Of a DNA stretch of 64,000 nucleotides, positions 12,701 through 29,347 are shown piece by piece. Position 1 is the stretch's first letter; every line of letters starts with the position of its first letter. The DNA lies in NCBI GenBank assembly GCA_965112735.1, contig OZ218960.1:434001-498000 (forward strand), read 5' to 3'. The notes under the pieces were generated by a model. The model did no database searches, was not told the DNA's origin, and saw nothing but the letters and a program-made list of their open reading frames with translations. The DNA comes from Phaeosaccion multiseriatum. Taxonomy: Eukaryota; Protista; Ochrophyta, other classes. Both the position numbers and the translations under genes were made by a program.

Positions 12701-14155
12701 TTCCCCTTCCCCTTCCCCTCTCCCTCTCGGCTTCGGGCTCCAATCCACCGGGAAGGACTCCTCCCTTCCCCTTGCCCTTCTCCTTCTCCTCCTCCTCCTC
12801 TTGACGGGGAGACGGCACACAGTTGAGGAGCGGAATGCCGCCCAACAGAGGCGCTGCAAGAACGGAAGTGATGCCGGGCAGTACTCGAGGTTCAATGCCG
12901 TAGCTCCGAAACTCCACCACCTGTATGTGTATGGAAGAAGCGAGGGTCGCAAGGGCGGGCGGGGGGGGGAAGGAGTTGTGGATTGAGGTCATTATTGGAC
13001 ACCTCTCTTGGTCGAGGCCCCAGGCCCGAGTAAATTGGAGGCAAGCCACACGCCAGCAGGAAGAGAGGGAGAGGGAGAGGGAGAGGGAGAGGGAGAGGGA
13101 GAGGGAGAGGGAGAGGGAGAGGGAGAGAGAGGGGAGGAGAGAGTAGGGGAGTTTGAGGCAAGCAAGTGTGTATATCATCATCCTCATCATTGTCATCATC
13201 ATCATCATCTTTATCTCGCCCACCTCCTCGCCGCCCCTTCCATACAGGAAGGGATCTCCTATTTTGAGTCTGACTGTTCGCTTTCCCTCCCGCAGCGCCG
13301 CATGCACCCAGGCATAGATCTTCGCCTGTACGTCGTCCATCTTGCCTAGTTTGGGGCGGGGGCGGGCGGGGGGGGGGGGCGACTCAATCCTTCTTCGTTA
13401 TGGAGCGAAGAGAGGGCCTATCTATTCCACCCTCTTACCCTAAGAGAGGGCCTATCTATTCCACCCTCTTACCCTTTTTCTTCTCATCGGGGATGTGTAG
13501 ACGCGTATCAGGTCCGACTGCGGTGCAGGAGATTGGGGAGAGGATTGGGAGAAGGAGGGTAGGGAGGCACGATAGGGAGAGAAAGAGGGATGATGATGAG
13601 AGGGAGAGAGAGAGAGGGGGGGGGGAGGGGGGGTCTTATAACGTCTATCTTCGGTAGACGCTCGCCGAATCGTCGCAGCACCCAAAGCGACTCCTCTTCA
13701 TCACCTTCTCGTAACAGATCCGGTCCCACGAGCCTGTCGCAGACCACCACCTCGGCCTCCCGCAAGAGCCTCCTTCCCATTGAGGTGACCAAGTGCGGCG
13801 CTCCCAGGCCCGCCCCCACCAGAGCGAGGGAGGCCGAAGGTGGTAACACTTTCTCCCCTGGTGCTCCTTGCACCCCTACTCGCACGGAGGTGGCAGCGCG
13901 GTACGAAGAGGACCATGGCGGCAGGGTTCGTAGGCGTATGGTAGGTGCCACTGCTCGTGAGCCAGAGGAGACAAACGCCGGAAGCCGCCGCCGTCTTCCT
14001 CGTTGTCTGTGATGATTATCATGATCAAGCCCCTTTGGGGGTATCGGCGCGCATCCGTGTCCTGCCGCTCCTCCAGCTGCTGCTGCTGCTGCTCCTGCCC
14101 TTCCCGCAACAGCAGACCCCGTCAGCACCAAGGCCAAGGACGGCCAGGGTGACAT
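9723..14155 (-). CDS. Uroporphyrinogen-III C-methyltransferase (SUMT/CobA/UPM1-like) with two tandem tetrapyrrole-methylase domains, probably plastid-targeted
   Basis: Domain 1: LVGAGLG..LLREAEVVVCDRLV, VRLKIGDPFLYGRGGEE, VLPGITS, LVFLMA, PPAVFVVG. Domain 2: MVGLGCQG..LLEAADVIVVE, VARAFWGDPFMDG, LVLPG/LSP..AGIPLTFRNVA. Hydrophobic N-terminus followed by LPAFVSS. Confidence 0.8.
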
Positions 14156-14548
14156 AACGATTAATGGGGAATGGTTTACTTTTCCCTCGCTTTGCGTCTG
14201 GTGCCATCCGTCTCCGTACTTCCTACGACTCTCGTTCTCATTCCAGGTTTAATTAGCCAGTATAATTTTCACAACTCCACGAGAGAGGGGCACAGATGTT
14301 TGCACGGGCGCTGGGGAGTGGCTCTGCCAGAGGTAAGGCACGGGATGGTAACCTGGCGTTGCTGCGAAAGAGCTCGGGGCTGGAGGAAGGACGGGGAACG
14401 CACACATGCGGCGGGGGAGAGGAACGGAGATGGATACGTGCGTCAAAATAAGCAGCGTGTTTGCACAGCAGCAAGTACAGTGCAGTAGGCGCCTTTGCAA
14501 TAGCGGAAGCCGTCGCCCCAGCCCATCGTAGGCCTCAAGCGGGAATGA

Positions 14549-18605
<4,057 letters not shown>

Positions 18606-18767
18606 AGAGAGAGGGAGCTCAATCAAAGCCTGCTGGAGGGAGGGTAACGTCATTCTATTCCTCATTGACTTCATGGGCTTCACAGACATGTGATTGGAGT
18701 GTTGTTTTTGTTTTTCAGGGGAGTGAGTGTGAGTGCGTGAGTGACACTCTGACTGCCGCGAGAAGGA

Positions 18768-18965
18768 TCAAGGTCAAGGTCAGGGTCAGGGTCAGGGTCA
18801 GGGTCATGGTCAGGGCCAGGGTCAGGGTCAGTGTCAGGGATGAAGACCGATGAGGGTTTCAGGGTCAGGGTCAGGGTCAGGGTCAGGGATGAAGACCGAT
18901 GAGGGTTTCAGGGTCAGGGTCAGGGCCAGGGTCAGGGCCAGTGTCAGGGATGAAGACCGATGAGG
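18768..18965. repeat. (TCAGGG)n telomere-like array interleaved with a repeated GATGAAGACCGATGAGGGT unit
   Basis: Direct reading; similar (TCAGGG)n tracts at ~37286-37349 and ~39140-39184. Confidence 0.85.
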
Positions 18966-19857
18966 GTCGGGATGGGCCTGTGTGGGACGGGGTCGGGGCT
19001 TGAGTTTTGTGTGGAACCGGCGATGGACATATGCCATCACATCACCTCACCAGCACGTACAGTGTATGGACATATGCCATCACCATCACCTCACCAGGAC
19101 GTACGTATGTGCATGCATGTGGCCGTAGCCACCACCTTTCACACGGACAGAGTGCCTTTGTATGTTTGTCTTAACACCCAAAGCAGTTGGTGATACAGCA
19201 GCACAGCAGCAGCAGAGGCAGCAGCAGCAGCTGAGGGGTGGAGGGGTGGAGGGTGGGTTGTGACAAGCAGGAGGGAGGAAGGAAGGAAGGAAGGAAGGAA
19301 GGCAACCCACGACCTGACCCGTTGCGAAGGGGCAGGGAGGGAGGGAGGGAGGGAGGGAGGGAGGGACAGACGACAGAGGAGATGCGATGAGAGCGTCGCC
19401 AATAGGAGACTCTTCGTCCTTTTCATTTTCAATTATAAAAATAATAAAATACTACCAAATGCAAAGTTTAATGGGATAAACACCGCTTTGCTACAAACGT
19501 AGTTCAAAAAGTAGTTAAAAAGGGAAGGAAGGGAAGTGAAGGGAATGAGCCGTTCCTTCCGGTGGTGTTTAGACCGGGGCAAGAGGGCAAGAGGGCAAGA
19601 GGGCAGGAGGGCAGGAGGGCAGGAGGGCGGGACCTCTCATTCCTTGCAGTTTCGAATGAGTCGATAACATACCTTAGAGAAGCCCTGCGCGGGGGCAAAT
19701 GTCGTGAGCGAGCAGCAGCAGCAGCAGCAGCAGCAGCGGGCCTCCTTGGCTGGCCACAGAGCATCGACAGAAGAACCAAGTGGACGGACTACAATACGTT
19801 TCTTCCGTCGATTGTGCTGTTTTGTGTATTTCGTTTTGAAAAATTTGTGCTCTGTTG

Positions 19858-19892
<35 letters not shown>

Positions 19893-20469
19893 TAAACCGA
19901 CTCTCTCTCTCTCTCTGTCCCTCTCTCGAGAAGTAACCACCGCTGCCTTCCAATCACCCGTCCACCCACCGGGGTCCTACCCACGATCCTCTATTGTTCC
20001 TCCATGTGCCATACTCTTGTTCATGTCTATCCCTCCACTCCTCCATGTCCACAACCGAAACCAACACTACACACAACTACTCACATATGTTTCTACATAC
20101 ATCACAGAGCTTCACCGGAGTGGGCCCTCCTCCTCCTCCTCCTCCTGCTCCTCCTGCTCCTCCTGCTCCTCCTCCTCCTCCTCCTCCTCCTTCCCGTCTG
20201 CCACTGCTGCGGTATGCGAGACCGAGCACAAGTGCGGCTCTGAACTCAAGGCTCTGTGTACAATAATGCGGGCCTGAGAGCCACAGAAGACACTCATCCC
20301 CCCATCGAACATGGCTGGGTTTCGGCGGATCACCTCTACCCCTCTCCTCTCTCTCTCTACGAGTTGACAGCGTCCTCGCTTCGCCTCCATAGCTCCTCTC
20401 CGTTTCCGCCTTTTGCTTCCACAGTGGCGTCGTAGCTTCCTGTCTTCCCGCCTCTTTCCGCTCTCACGG

Positions 20470-20557
20470 TCACTTGCGCGGGAAAGGGCTGGGCGGGCCG
20501 GAGGAGTTCCCGCCAAAGCGAGAGGGGTACGAGGAAGGGGAGGAGGATGTGTGGTAG

Positions 20558-20588
<31 letters not shown>

Positions 20589-21198
20589 CGTGCTGTTGTT
20601 GCTCATACTGAAACTGAAGCTGTTCCTGCTGGAGGTGGTAGTTGTGGTTGTAATGTTGGTAGGGGTCAACCTGCGCGGCCGGGGGCATCGCAGGGGGGTG
20701 GTTTTGGTTGGAGAGGTCGGAGAGATCGGAGAGATTGTGTGCGTCCATACCCATATCCATAGACATGGCTTGTTGCCCCCCTCCTCCTCCTCCTCCTCCT
20801 CCTCCTCCTCCTCCTCCTCCTCCGCAGCTCTCCCGCGGGTCAACGTCTGGCCTTCCCCTCTTCATCGCCGAGGGCCCCCACCAGTCCTCCTCCCGCGCCC
20901 TCTTCACTCTCGCCTGGGGCCTCGCATCAGAAGGCGTGGGGTCATCCAGTCCCATCCGCCCTACCCAGCCGGCTGGAAGGACTTCGCTCACTCCACCTCC
21001 TCCCAATCCCTCTCCAACGCCAGCAGCATTGGAGCCGGCAGCTCCAGGATACAAAGGAGAAGCGGAGGGTGCGCTTGGTAGTTTTACCAGGCTGCGGCAC
21101 GTGAGTAAGCCAGGGTCACCAAACGCACTCCTACTGGGTCCATTGCTGTTGCTGCTGATGCCGAATGCGCCACGCTCGCTGAGGGGGGAGAAGATCAT
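20470..21198 (-). CDS. Hypothetical low-complexity protein (G/Q/H-rich, basic NLS-like motifs)
   Basis: 242-aa ATG ORF with non-repetitive N-half and RVKRAR / MKRGR motifs; no family recognised. Confidence 0.4.
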
Positions 21199-22159
21199 AA
21201 TTGAATTTGCTACCTGTCAAGCGGCTGTTGCAAAATGGAAGCAGAGGGTCTTCCCAAGAGCGACAAGCCCAGCCTAAAGCAATTGCTATGAATCTTCTCG
21301 TCAGTTCAGATGCTCGTGTTGCTGTGGTGTCGTGCTGCGGCCCTAGTTCTTATACTTTGCGCCTTCCCCCCAAACTCAATTCCACCCTCTCCCAAAAATC
21401 CACGGAGAAGAGCTGCTGCTGGCTGCTGATGGCTACCGCTGCAGAGCGATAGAACAGCCCCCACCCCTTCTCCACGCTGACGGCAGATCCTTTGCAGGGT
21501 ACTACGAAGTTGGTCTAATCAAGCCGCTTTGGAGGGAAGGAGAGACAAGAGCTTCGCGCCACAAGGGAGTGCGTGTTCAAACCCAGAGATGTGAAACTCA
21601 AACTGTTTTTCATCACTGAACACCCAAACAACAGCCAGGGTCACACAGAAGATTCGCATTTGCCACGCGTGTCTAGGTCGAAGCGAAATCGGTGAGGCCA
21701 CAGAGGGGAAGGCGTAGGCTGGCTGTCTCTATAGCTGCTGCTGCTGTGCAGGGAAGACTAGGAGAAGAAGAAGAAGAGAGAAGAGAAAATTCTTGAAGCT
21801 CCGCTCTTCCCTTTCCAAGAAAAGGGGAAAGGGACGAGCCGCAGCAGCAGCAGCGTCAGTACTACTCTTCGCAGACTGTTGGGGTGCCCCGTCCCCTTCT
21901 CGTCACCAGTCGGGCGCTCTTTGAACCACACCCTTCACCACCTTACGTGTTTGGTATATCTATGTCCAACTCCCGCGCGAATTTTTTTATAAACACAAGA
22001 CAATCTCGTCGTGTTGTGCCACCCCCACCCTATTCCTGCCTTCATCTCCTCCTCTTGTGCCACCCCCACCCTATTCCTGCCTTCATCTCCTCCTCTTGTG
22101 CCACCCCCACCCTATTCCTGCCTTCATCTTCTCCTCTTGTGCTCCCCAGGCAATCAATC

Positions 22160-23217
22160 ATGGGTACATCTGAGTCCAAACCCCTGTTTGACTATGTCAG
22201 TCCGCTCGCCATGACGACAGTCAACGGCAAGGCGACCAAGAGAGACGTGAGTGCCTTTGAGCCTTTGAGCGCATTGTCGTTGGCTGAATTCCTTTTCCAT
22301 CCAACAACCCTTTCCTTCCTTTCGTTGGGTGCATGCCTTCTCCCCCTCCTCTTTCCCCCGCCCGTCTCGCTCACTCCTCATCACCCCCACCAGGGTAAGA
22401 CCTACTTCTCCTACACCACCGAAACCAGCCAGGAGGTGCAGGAGCTTGCGACCGGCGAAGGCGCAGACCCGAATGCGGTGCTTGAGCCTTGCCACTACCT
22501 CGCAAACTTGAAAACGGTGTGTGTCTGCTTGCGTGCCTGCCCTGCGTATCTCCTTCCCGTCCTCCCCCTCCTCCTCTCAGCACTACCGGGGGCCCCACAG
22601 CTACTACTTGTATCTACTTAAATCATCTGCTCTTGTTCTCCCCCCCTCCCCCCGTCCTTGCTGCTGATGACTGCTTGACTGCTTGACGGCTTGACAGGTG
22701 GGGGAGGACAAGTTTGAGGGGGAGGAGATCTCCGAGCACGACTTCAAGCACCGCCTCGCCACCGTACGTACTCTGACGCAGCCATGCTTCTCGTTATTTG
22801 TTTGCACTGACTCCTACCTACTCTCTAACCCGCCCCCCCTCCTCTCTCTCTCTGTGTGCTCTCCCCCCCCCCCAACCCCCCCCCCCGGTTCCTCCTTCTC
22901 TCCCTCCCCTCCCCTCCCCTCCCTTGTATCACCAACTTCCCCCCCCAGACGGACGCTGCCCACATCTTCTTCTTTGTGCACGGCTTCAACACGCAGCCCA
23001 TTGAGGTGCTGGAACAGGCAAAGACACTCACAAACAAGTAAGTGTGTGGGTGCGTACGTAAGTACGTGGGTTGCGTGTGTGTGGTGGGTGGGTGCGTGCG
23101 TGTGGGCCTGGGTGGATGCGTGGGTGGGTGCGTGCGTGCGTGCGTGCGGGCGGGCATGTGTGTGTGGGGGGGGGGGGGGGCGTTGAAGAGTGCCAGCAGG
23201 GGGGGGAGAGCTTCGCA

Positions 23218-23248
<31 letters not shown>

Positions 23249-23321
23249 CTTCTTCTTCTTCTTCTTCTTCTTCTTCGGGGGGGGCGTTGAAGAGTGCCAG
23301 CAGGGGGGGGAGAGCTTCGCA

Positions 23322-23352
<31 letters not shown>

Positions 23353-26102
23353 CTTCTTCTTCTTGTTGTTGTTGCTGCTTGACGCCTCCGCCTGTTTGCT
23401 GGTCCCTCCATCCCTCCCCCTTCCCTCTCCCCCTCCCTCCCTCCCCTCCAAAGGTTCAAGGCCCATGAAGGCATCCACGGGCGTGTGGAGGTCATCCCGG
23501 TGAATTGGCCCTGTGGAGACCGAATCGGCCTGGTGCGGCCTTACCGCATGGACCAAGGCGTGGCAAGGAATGCTGCCAGGGGAATCGCCTCGGTGCGTGT
23601 GTGTGTGTCAGTAAGTCAGTGAATAGTTAGTAGTAAGCAAGTCGCTCGCTGCCGGTTCGCCCCCTTCGCTCACTAAAAGTCTCTCTCCACCCCACTCTCT
23701 TTCCCCTCTCTCCTCCCTCACGCTCTGCCCTCTTTCTCCGTCCTCTCTTCTCCCTGCCTCTCTGCTGCTCCCCTCCCCCTCTCCCTATTCCCATATGCCC
23801 TTATGCTTGTGCAGATCTTCAAGGGTGGCATTGATCCCGAGACAGTCACCGCTCGATCCACGCTCAGGTAGCTTCAGCTTCAGTTTCAGTTCCAGTTCCA
23901 GCTCCGTGTTCTCGACTTGGTCCCCTCGAAGCGTCGATATATCGACCCCATTTATATGGATGTTCGATATTATATATCGACCCCATTGTATGGATGTTCG
24001 ATATTGGTGAGGTCAAATCAACTAAGAACTTGACCTCTCCTCGTATGCCTCTTGTCTTGCCACCCTGCCCCTCTGCCGCTCTCTTGACCGGACCGACCAT
24101 CCGGGCCACCACCCCCTATAGGAAGAGGAAGGTGCACACCATGTTCCACAGCATGGGCAACCGAGTAGGGCGCTTCTTGGCGATGGAGGTGTTCCCATCC
24201 GACACCTTCCCCAACACAGTGTAAGAGAAGAGGAGAGGAGAGGAGAGGAGAGGAGAGGAGAGGAGAGGAGAGGAGAGGACAAGAGGGGAGGAGAGGAGAG
24301 GAGAGGAGAGGAGAGGAGAGGACAAGAGGGGAGGAGAGGAGAGGAGAGGACAAGAGGGGAGGAGGCCGCCGCTCCCTTCGCCCAACCCTAACCTCCTCCC
24401 CCCTCCCCCTCCCTCCCTCCCTCCCTCCCTCCCTCCCTCCCTAACCTCCTCCCTCCCTCCCTCCCTCCCTCCCCATGCCAGCACCGGCGCCGAAAAGTAC
24501 GAAGACTCTGTGACGGACCCCACATACAAGAGCATGCTTGACAATTGCTTTTTGGTTGCGGCGGACGTGCCTGCCACCATCTTCAGCGACGAACACGCCA
24601 GGGACGAGGGAGGGGCCGCCCTAAGCACTCTGTACGATCATGTAAGTAGGCTTAAGTATGCGTATGAAAGCTTACGTTGGCTTGGAAGTAGGCGAAAGTG
24701 GGCCCTGGGGCTTTGTTGTAAGTCGCACACGTGGGACATCGTTATGTCGATGGCCCAGTTGTAGGCAGTATCTTTATGTCAATGGCCGAGGTGTAGGCAA
24801 TATCTGTATGTCAATGGCCCAGTTGTAGGCAATATCATTAGGTCAATGGCCCAGGTGTAGGCAGTATCTGTATGTCAATGGCCCGGGTGTAGGCAATATC
24901 TATATGTCAATGGTTCAGGTGTAGGCAATATCTGTACGTCAATGGCCCAGGTGTAGGCAATATCTATATGTCAATGGCCCAGGTGTAGGCAATATCTGTA
25001 CGTCAACGGCCCAGTTGTAGGCAATATCTGTATGTCAATGGCCCAGGTGTAGGCAATATCTGTACGTCAACGGCCCAGTTGTAGGCAATATCTGTATGTC
25101 AATGGCCCAGGTGTAGGCAATATTCATGCAAAGTGGGGGTCGCGGCACGTAACTTTACAGGTGCTCGTTCACGACTGTAAAGTGGGGCTAGCTGGCAGAG
25201 TAAGACAGGGGGAGGGGGGGCGGGCGGGGGCAATGGGTGTAGGCTTAAGTATGCTTAAGTATGCTCAAGTATGCTAGGTGAGGCATGTAACGAGGCCAAA
25301 GGCTGGGACGGAGGGAGGGGGCGTTGGCGGGTGGTGAGTTTCAGTTTCAGTTTGCTTTCATTTCTTACATTGGTACACGGGGGGCGCAACGTGGCTGTGC
25401 TGTGCATCATTGGGTCTCTTCCCCTACCCAATCAGGTGCACGTGGTGCACGCCGGCGGGGACCTCCCTCTCATATCTTCGCAAACGGTCAACTTGGGAGC
25501 TCGCCTCGGCCAAGGGGATGGGGCCAAGGACGTCAGCTCCGGTGAGTGAGTGAGTGAGTGAGTGAGTGAGTGAGTGAGTGAGTGAGTAAGTGAGTGAGTG
25601 AGTGAGTGAGTGAGTAAGTGGTGAGTGAGTGAGTGAGTGAGTGAGTGAGTAAGTGGTGAGTAAGTGAGTGAGTGAGTGAGTGAGTGAGTGAGGGAGTGAG
25701 TGAGTGAGTGAGTGATTGAGTGAGTGAGTGGGTGAGGGAGTGAGTGAGTGAGGGTGAGTGAGGGAGTGAGTGGGTGGGTGAGTGAGTGAGTGCGTGAGTG
25801 AACCCCTTCCTCCCTCCCTCCCTTCCTCCTTGACGCCGCCCCCCCGCTCCCCCTTGTGCCGCCCTTGCCTCTCTCCTTCTCTCTCTCCGTTACCTGGACC
25901 CCCTCCCTCCCTTGCAGGCATTGTCGTTAACCACCTGGATGCCTCTGCCTTCAACGGAAAGTACGACCGCCTGTTGGGCCACAGGTGAGGAAGGAAAGCC
26001 CAACCCCCCCCCCCCCCCTTCCCTTTCCAATCTATGCTTCCTTTCGTCTTTCCCAACCCACTCTGAGCCTTACGCGCCCCCCCTCCCCCTCCCTCGTACC
26101 CT

Positions 26103-26148
<46 letters not shown>

Positions 26149-26385
26149 TTCTTTCTTTCTTTCATTCTTTCTTTCTCCTCTCTCTCTTTCTTTCTCCCTC
26201 CCTCCCTCCCTCCCTCCCCCACGATAAATCTCTGTTGTCGATGTCTCTGCGTGTACCTCTATGTGTACCTCTGTGTGTCTCCTCTCCTTCGGCCTCATGT
26301 TCGGCTCCCGCCCCGCAGCTACCACATGGGCGACGAAAACATCGCCTACATGATGGAGGCAATGGCAAGGTCCGAGCAATCGTAA
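22160..26385 (+). CDS. Alpha/beta hydrolase, DUF900-like, about 11 exons, predicted N-myristoylation
   Basis: MGTSES start; FFVHGFN, VIPVNWP, MFHSMGNRV nucleophile elbow, LVAADV, GH/SYH catalytic His region, all joined by GT-AG introns. Confidence 0.82.
24745..25122. repeat. 32-bp minisatellite (TGTAGGCAATATCTGTATGTCAATGGCCCAGG), about 11-12 copies, intronic
   Basis: Direct reading. Confidence 0.92.
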
Positions 26386-26936
26386 GGGGGGGCTAACAGC
26401 AGTGCTAAAAACAGCAGTACAGCAGCACCGGTTAAGGGTCCGGGTACCCCTCCACAGCACGCATGTTGAACACAGCTCCGTGGCCGAGGCAATGTCCTCC
26501 TTGAACCCCTTGGTTCTTTTCGCACTCCTTCACTCTACACCTCTCCCTTTTGGGCATTGGAAGTTTTTCTCTTCCCCGTCCCAAGGAAGGCCTTAGAGTC
26601 TTTGACTTCACCGTAGACGTAAATCATCTCGCGCCCATCAGCTTAATCCTCTTTCACTTTCTCTCTTGTCTCTTGTGTGAATTAGTGTGTGTTCGTGAAG
26701 TAAGGAGAGAAGCTAGAAGGAGGTGGTGATGGAGCCTTGAATCACACACACACATACGTACTTCGAAGTAGTTGGTAGTTGACTCCCATAAGTCAATAAA
26801 GTTCCCAATTGAATCTTTGGCAGAGACGCTCAATCAGGCCGGCGCAATCAAGGCGGGCTGGCGCCATAATCAGTAATCAGGCCGGCTGCGCCGGCCGTAA
26901 TCAGTAATCAGATAATAATGATGATGAGGTGTGTGT

Positions 26937-27167
26937 TCAACCCCTGATACACTATCCTCTATCGCCGGCGCCAGCCGGCGCGCTATCCGCTATCGCTGGC
27001 GCCAGCTATCCGCTATCGCCGGCGCCAGCCGGCACGCTATCCGCGATCGGCCGGCGCCAGCCGGTGCGCTATCCGCTATCGGCCGGCGCCAGCCGGCGCG
27101 CTATCCGCTATCGGCTGGCGGCCGATAGCGCGCTATCGAGAATGTGGGCGATAGTGTATCAGGGGTT

Positions 27168-27169
<2 letters not shown>
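26937..27169. mobile_element. MITE with perfect 20-bp TIRs (TCAACCCCTGATACACTATC) and internal ~31-bp GC-rich repeats
   Basis: 26937-26956 is the exact reverse complement of 27150-27169; flanked by (GT)n on both sides. Confidence 0.85.
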
Positions 27170-27227
<58 letters not shown>

Positions 27228-27440
27228 CGCATGTTACTTTTAGGCAAAAAGTCCCTTTCGTCCCCACCCTCCCCTATCCCGACACCGCCCTCCCATCACG
27301 CAATACTTTCCCACTTAGTGAGTCTTGAGTACGTTCCACTCCACCCTGCATTCAGCAGCGGCAACCTGTCCCTGTTTACGGTTACCCCAGACCGAGAGTA
27401 GCGAGCCGATTGAGGAAGGAGGAGCGAGGGAGAGGGGGTG

Positions 27441-28653
27441 ATGGTGGCACCCACGGCTGCTGGCGTATCCAAGGCTTCGTCAGTAGGCAATACCCACCTC
27501 GTGGCGCTGCTCCTTCTCGGTGTCTTCCTCGTCTTTGCTTCCTATGTTAACCTCAACGACCCGGACGCGTGGCTATGGTCAACCGCCTACGCCGGAGCCG
27601 CCTTCCTCTCCTTCTACTGCTCGGATACGAAGCTCTACTCGGGTGATCCAGCCAAGGTTAGAGTGAGGAGGAGACTAATACCAGCAGCAGTAGTAGTAGT
27701 GTAGGAGTAGGAGTAGCAAGAGCAGTGGATACAGTACGAGATGGAGAGGCACTTTGGAGTCTCTCTACCGGCAACCCAGCCTGTCACCATGAGCAAAGCG
27801 AAAAGCGCGTCTTTCGTCCTTTGAAGTCCCCATCCGTCCTTTATCCTTCCCTCCCCTCGTTTGAAGTCCCCATCCGTCCTTTACCCTTCCCTCCCCTCGC
27901 GTCGACAGGCCAAAAGACGGAAACAGCTGAGCAAGGTGTGCGCGCTCTACTGCCGGTGCTCTCTCATCCTCTCTCTCGTCAGCTTCTTGCCCATTGTTAA
28001 CCAGTACCACCAACAGCAGCAGCAACAGCAGCGGCAACAGCAGCGGCAGGAGCAGCTGGATCCGAACTCGAGCTTGCTCGGCCTGAGCGGCAAGAGCGGG
28101 TGGCTGGGAGTGTTCGAGCTGGAGGCGATACGCGAGGGAGGGGGTGCGCTCCTTATGGCGGCGGCGATGGCCATGGCAAAGGCCTACACCACTGACGAGA
28201 GCACGTGAGTCAGATTGGGGGGAAAGAAGGATGGCCCACTTCTCTCCTTGACTGCATTCCGTGGTTGATCAACAACTTATCAACCTCCCTTGTCCCTCCG
28301 GTCCCACTTCTTCCCCCCTCCCCCCCGATCTTCTCGCTCTCCTCTTTTCCTCGGCTTGCATCGAATGTGGTGTGGTTCTTCCTCGCCCTATTACTCCATC
28401 TGTGACTATGGCGATGCGCCCATAATGGCAACCAATCAATGGCAACAAATGGGGTGGCAGCAGCGGCCCCAAGGCGAGGAGGGCAGGGAGAGTCTTGGCC
28501 GTGTGTGCGGGGGTCGTGGCCGTGGCGGGCCTGGTGCTCGGGGTGGTGCTGCCGGGCTATTACAATTCCCTTGGGGTGGACATTCCTGAGCACTGCGGAG
28601 GAGAAGGAGGAGGAGAAGGGATTGGTGGGGAAGGTGGAGGGGGCGACCTTTGA
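27441..28653 (+). CDS. TMEM220-like membrane protein, 3 exons (27441-27656, 27909-28204, 28461-28653)
   Basis: YVNLNDPDAWLW, ELEAIREGGGALL, final TM helix followed by IPEHC; splice phases compatible. Confidence 0.75.
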
Positions 28654-29035
28654 ATGGAGAAGGAGAGAAGGAAGCAAAACTCTTGATTGGGACGAAGGAA
28701 GGAAGGAGGGAGGGACAAAGCTACATGTGTATTTTGAGTCGGGTAGACCTACCTCACAGACGACTGGCAGGGTCCTCCCTTCCCATGCCTTCCTTCGGGT
28801 GCCTTCCTTCAAAGGCCAAGTCCTGTCGAGCCAACAACATCAGCCGAAGCTCGATAGGAGAGAAGCTTCGTGCCTACCTAAAGGGGTAGGGGGGGGAGCC
28901 CTCTTTACTCTTTTACTGTAGAAATAAAGGAGGAGTGCTCCTGTCCGGTGACAAGTGTACTTTGGCTGACTGAAGGAATGCATTCCTTCGAGTGTGATGC
29001 ATGATGCTCTGTGGTGATTGGTGGTGCATGGCAAA

Positions 29036-29283
29036 GGACCTCCTGCCTGTTCTGTACCTCTTGACTGCATGATTGGACCTCCTCCCTTTACTGTACCTCT
29101 TGACTGCATGATTGGACCTCCTCCCTTTACTGTACCTCTTGACTGCATGATTGGACCTCCTGCCTGTTCTGTACCTCTTGACTGCATGATTGGACCTCCT
29201 GCCTGTTCTGTACCTCTTGACTGCATGATTGGACCTCCTGCCTGTTCTGTACCTCTTGACTGCATGATTGGACCGCCTGCCTG
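29036..29283. repeat. 39-bp minisatellite, 6+ copies
   Basis: Unit GGACCTCCTGCCTGTTCTGTACCTCTTGACTGCATGATT with a TCCCTTTA variant in copies 2-3. Confidence 0.92.
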
Positions 29284-29310
29284 CACCTTGTGATAGACGC
29301 ACAGCTTCTC

Positions 29311-29347
<37 letters not shown>

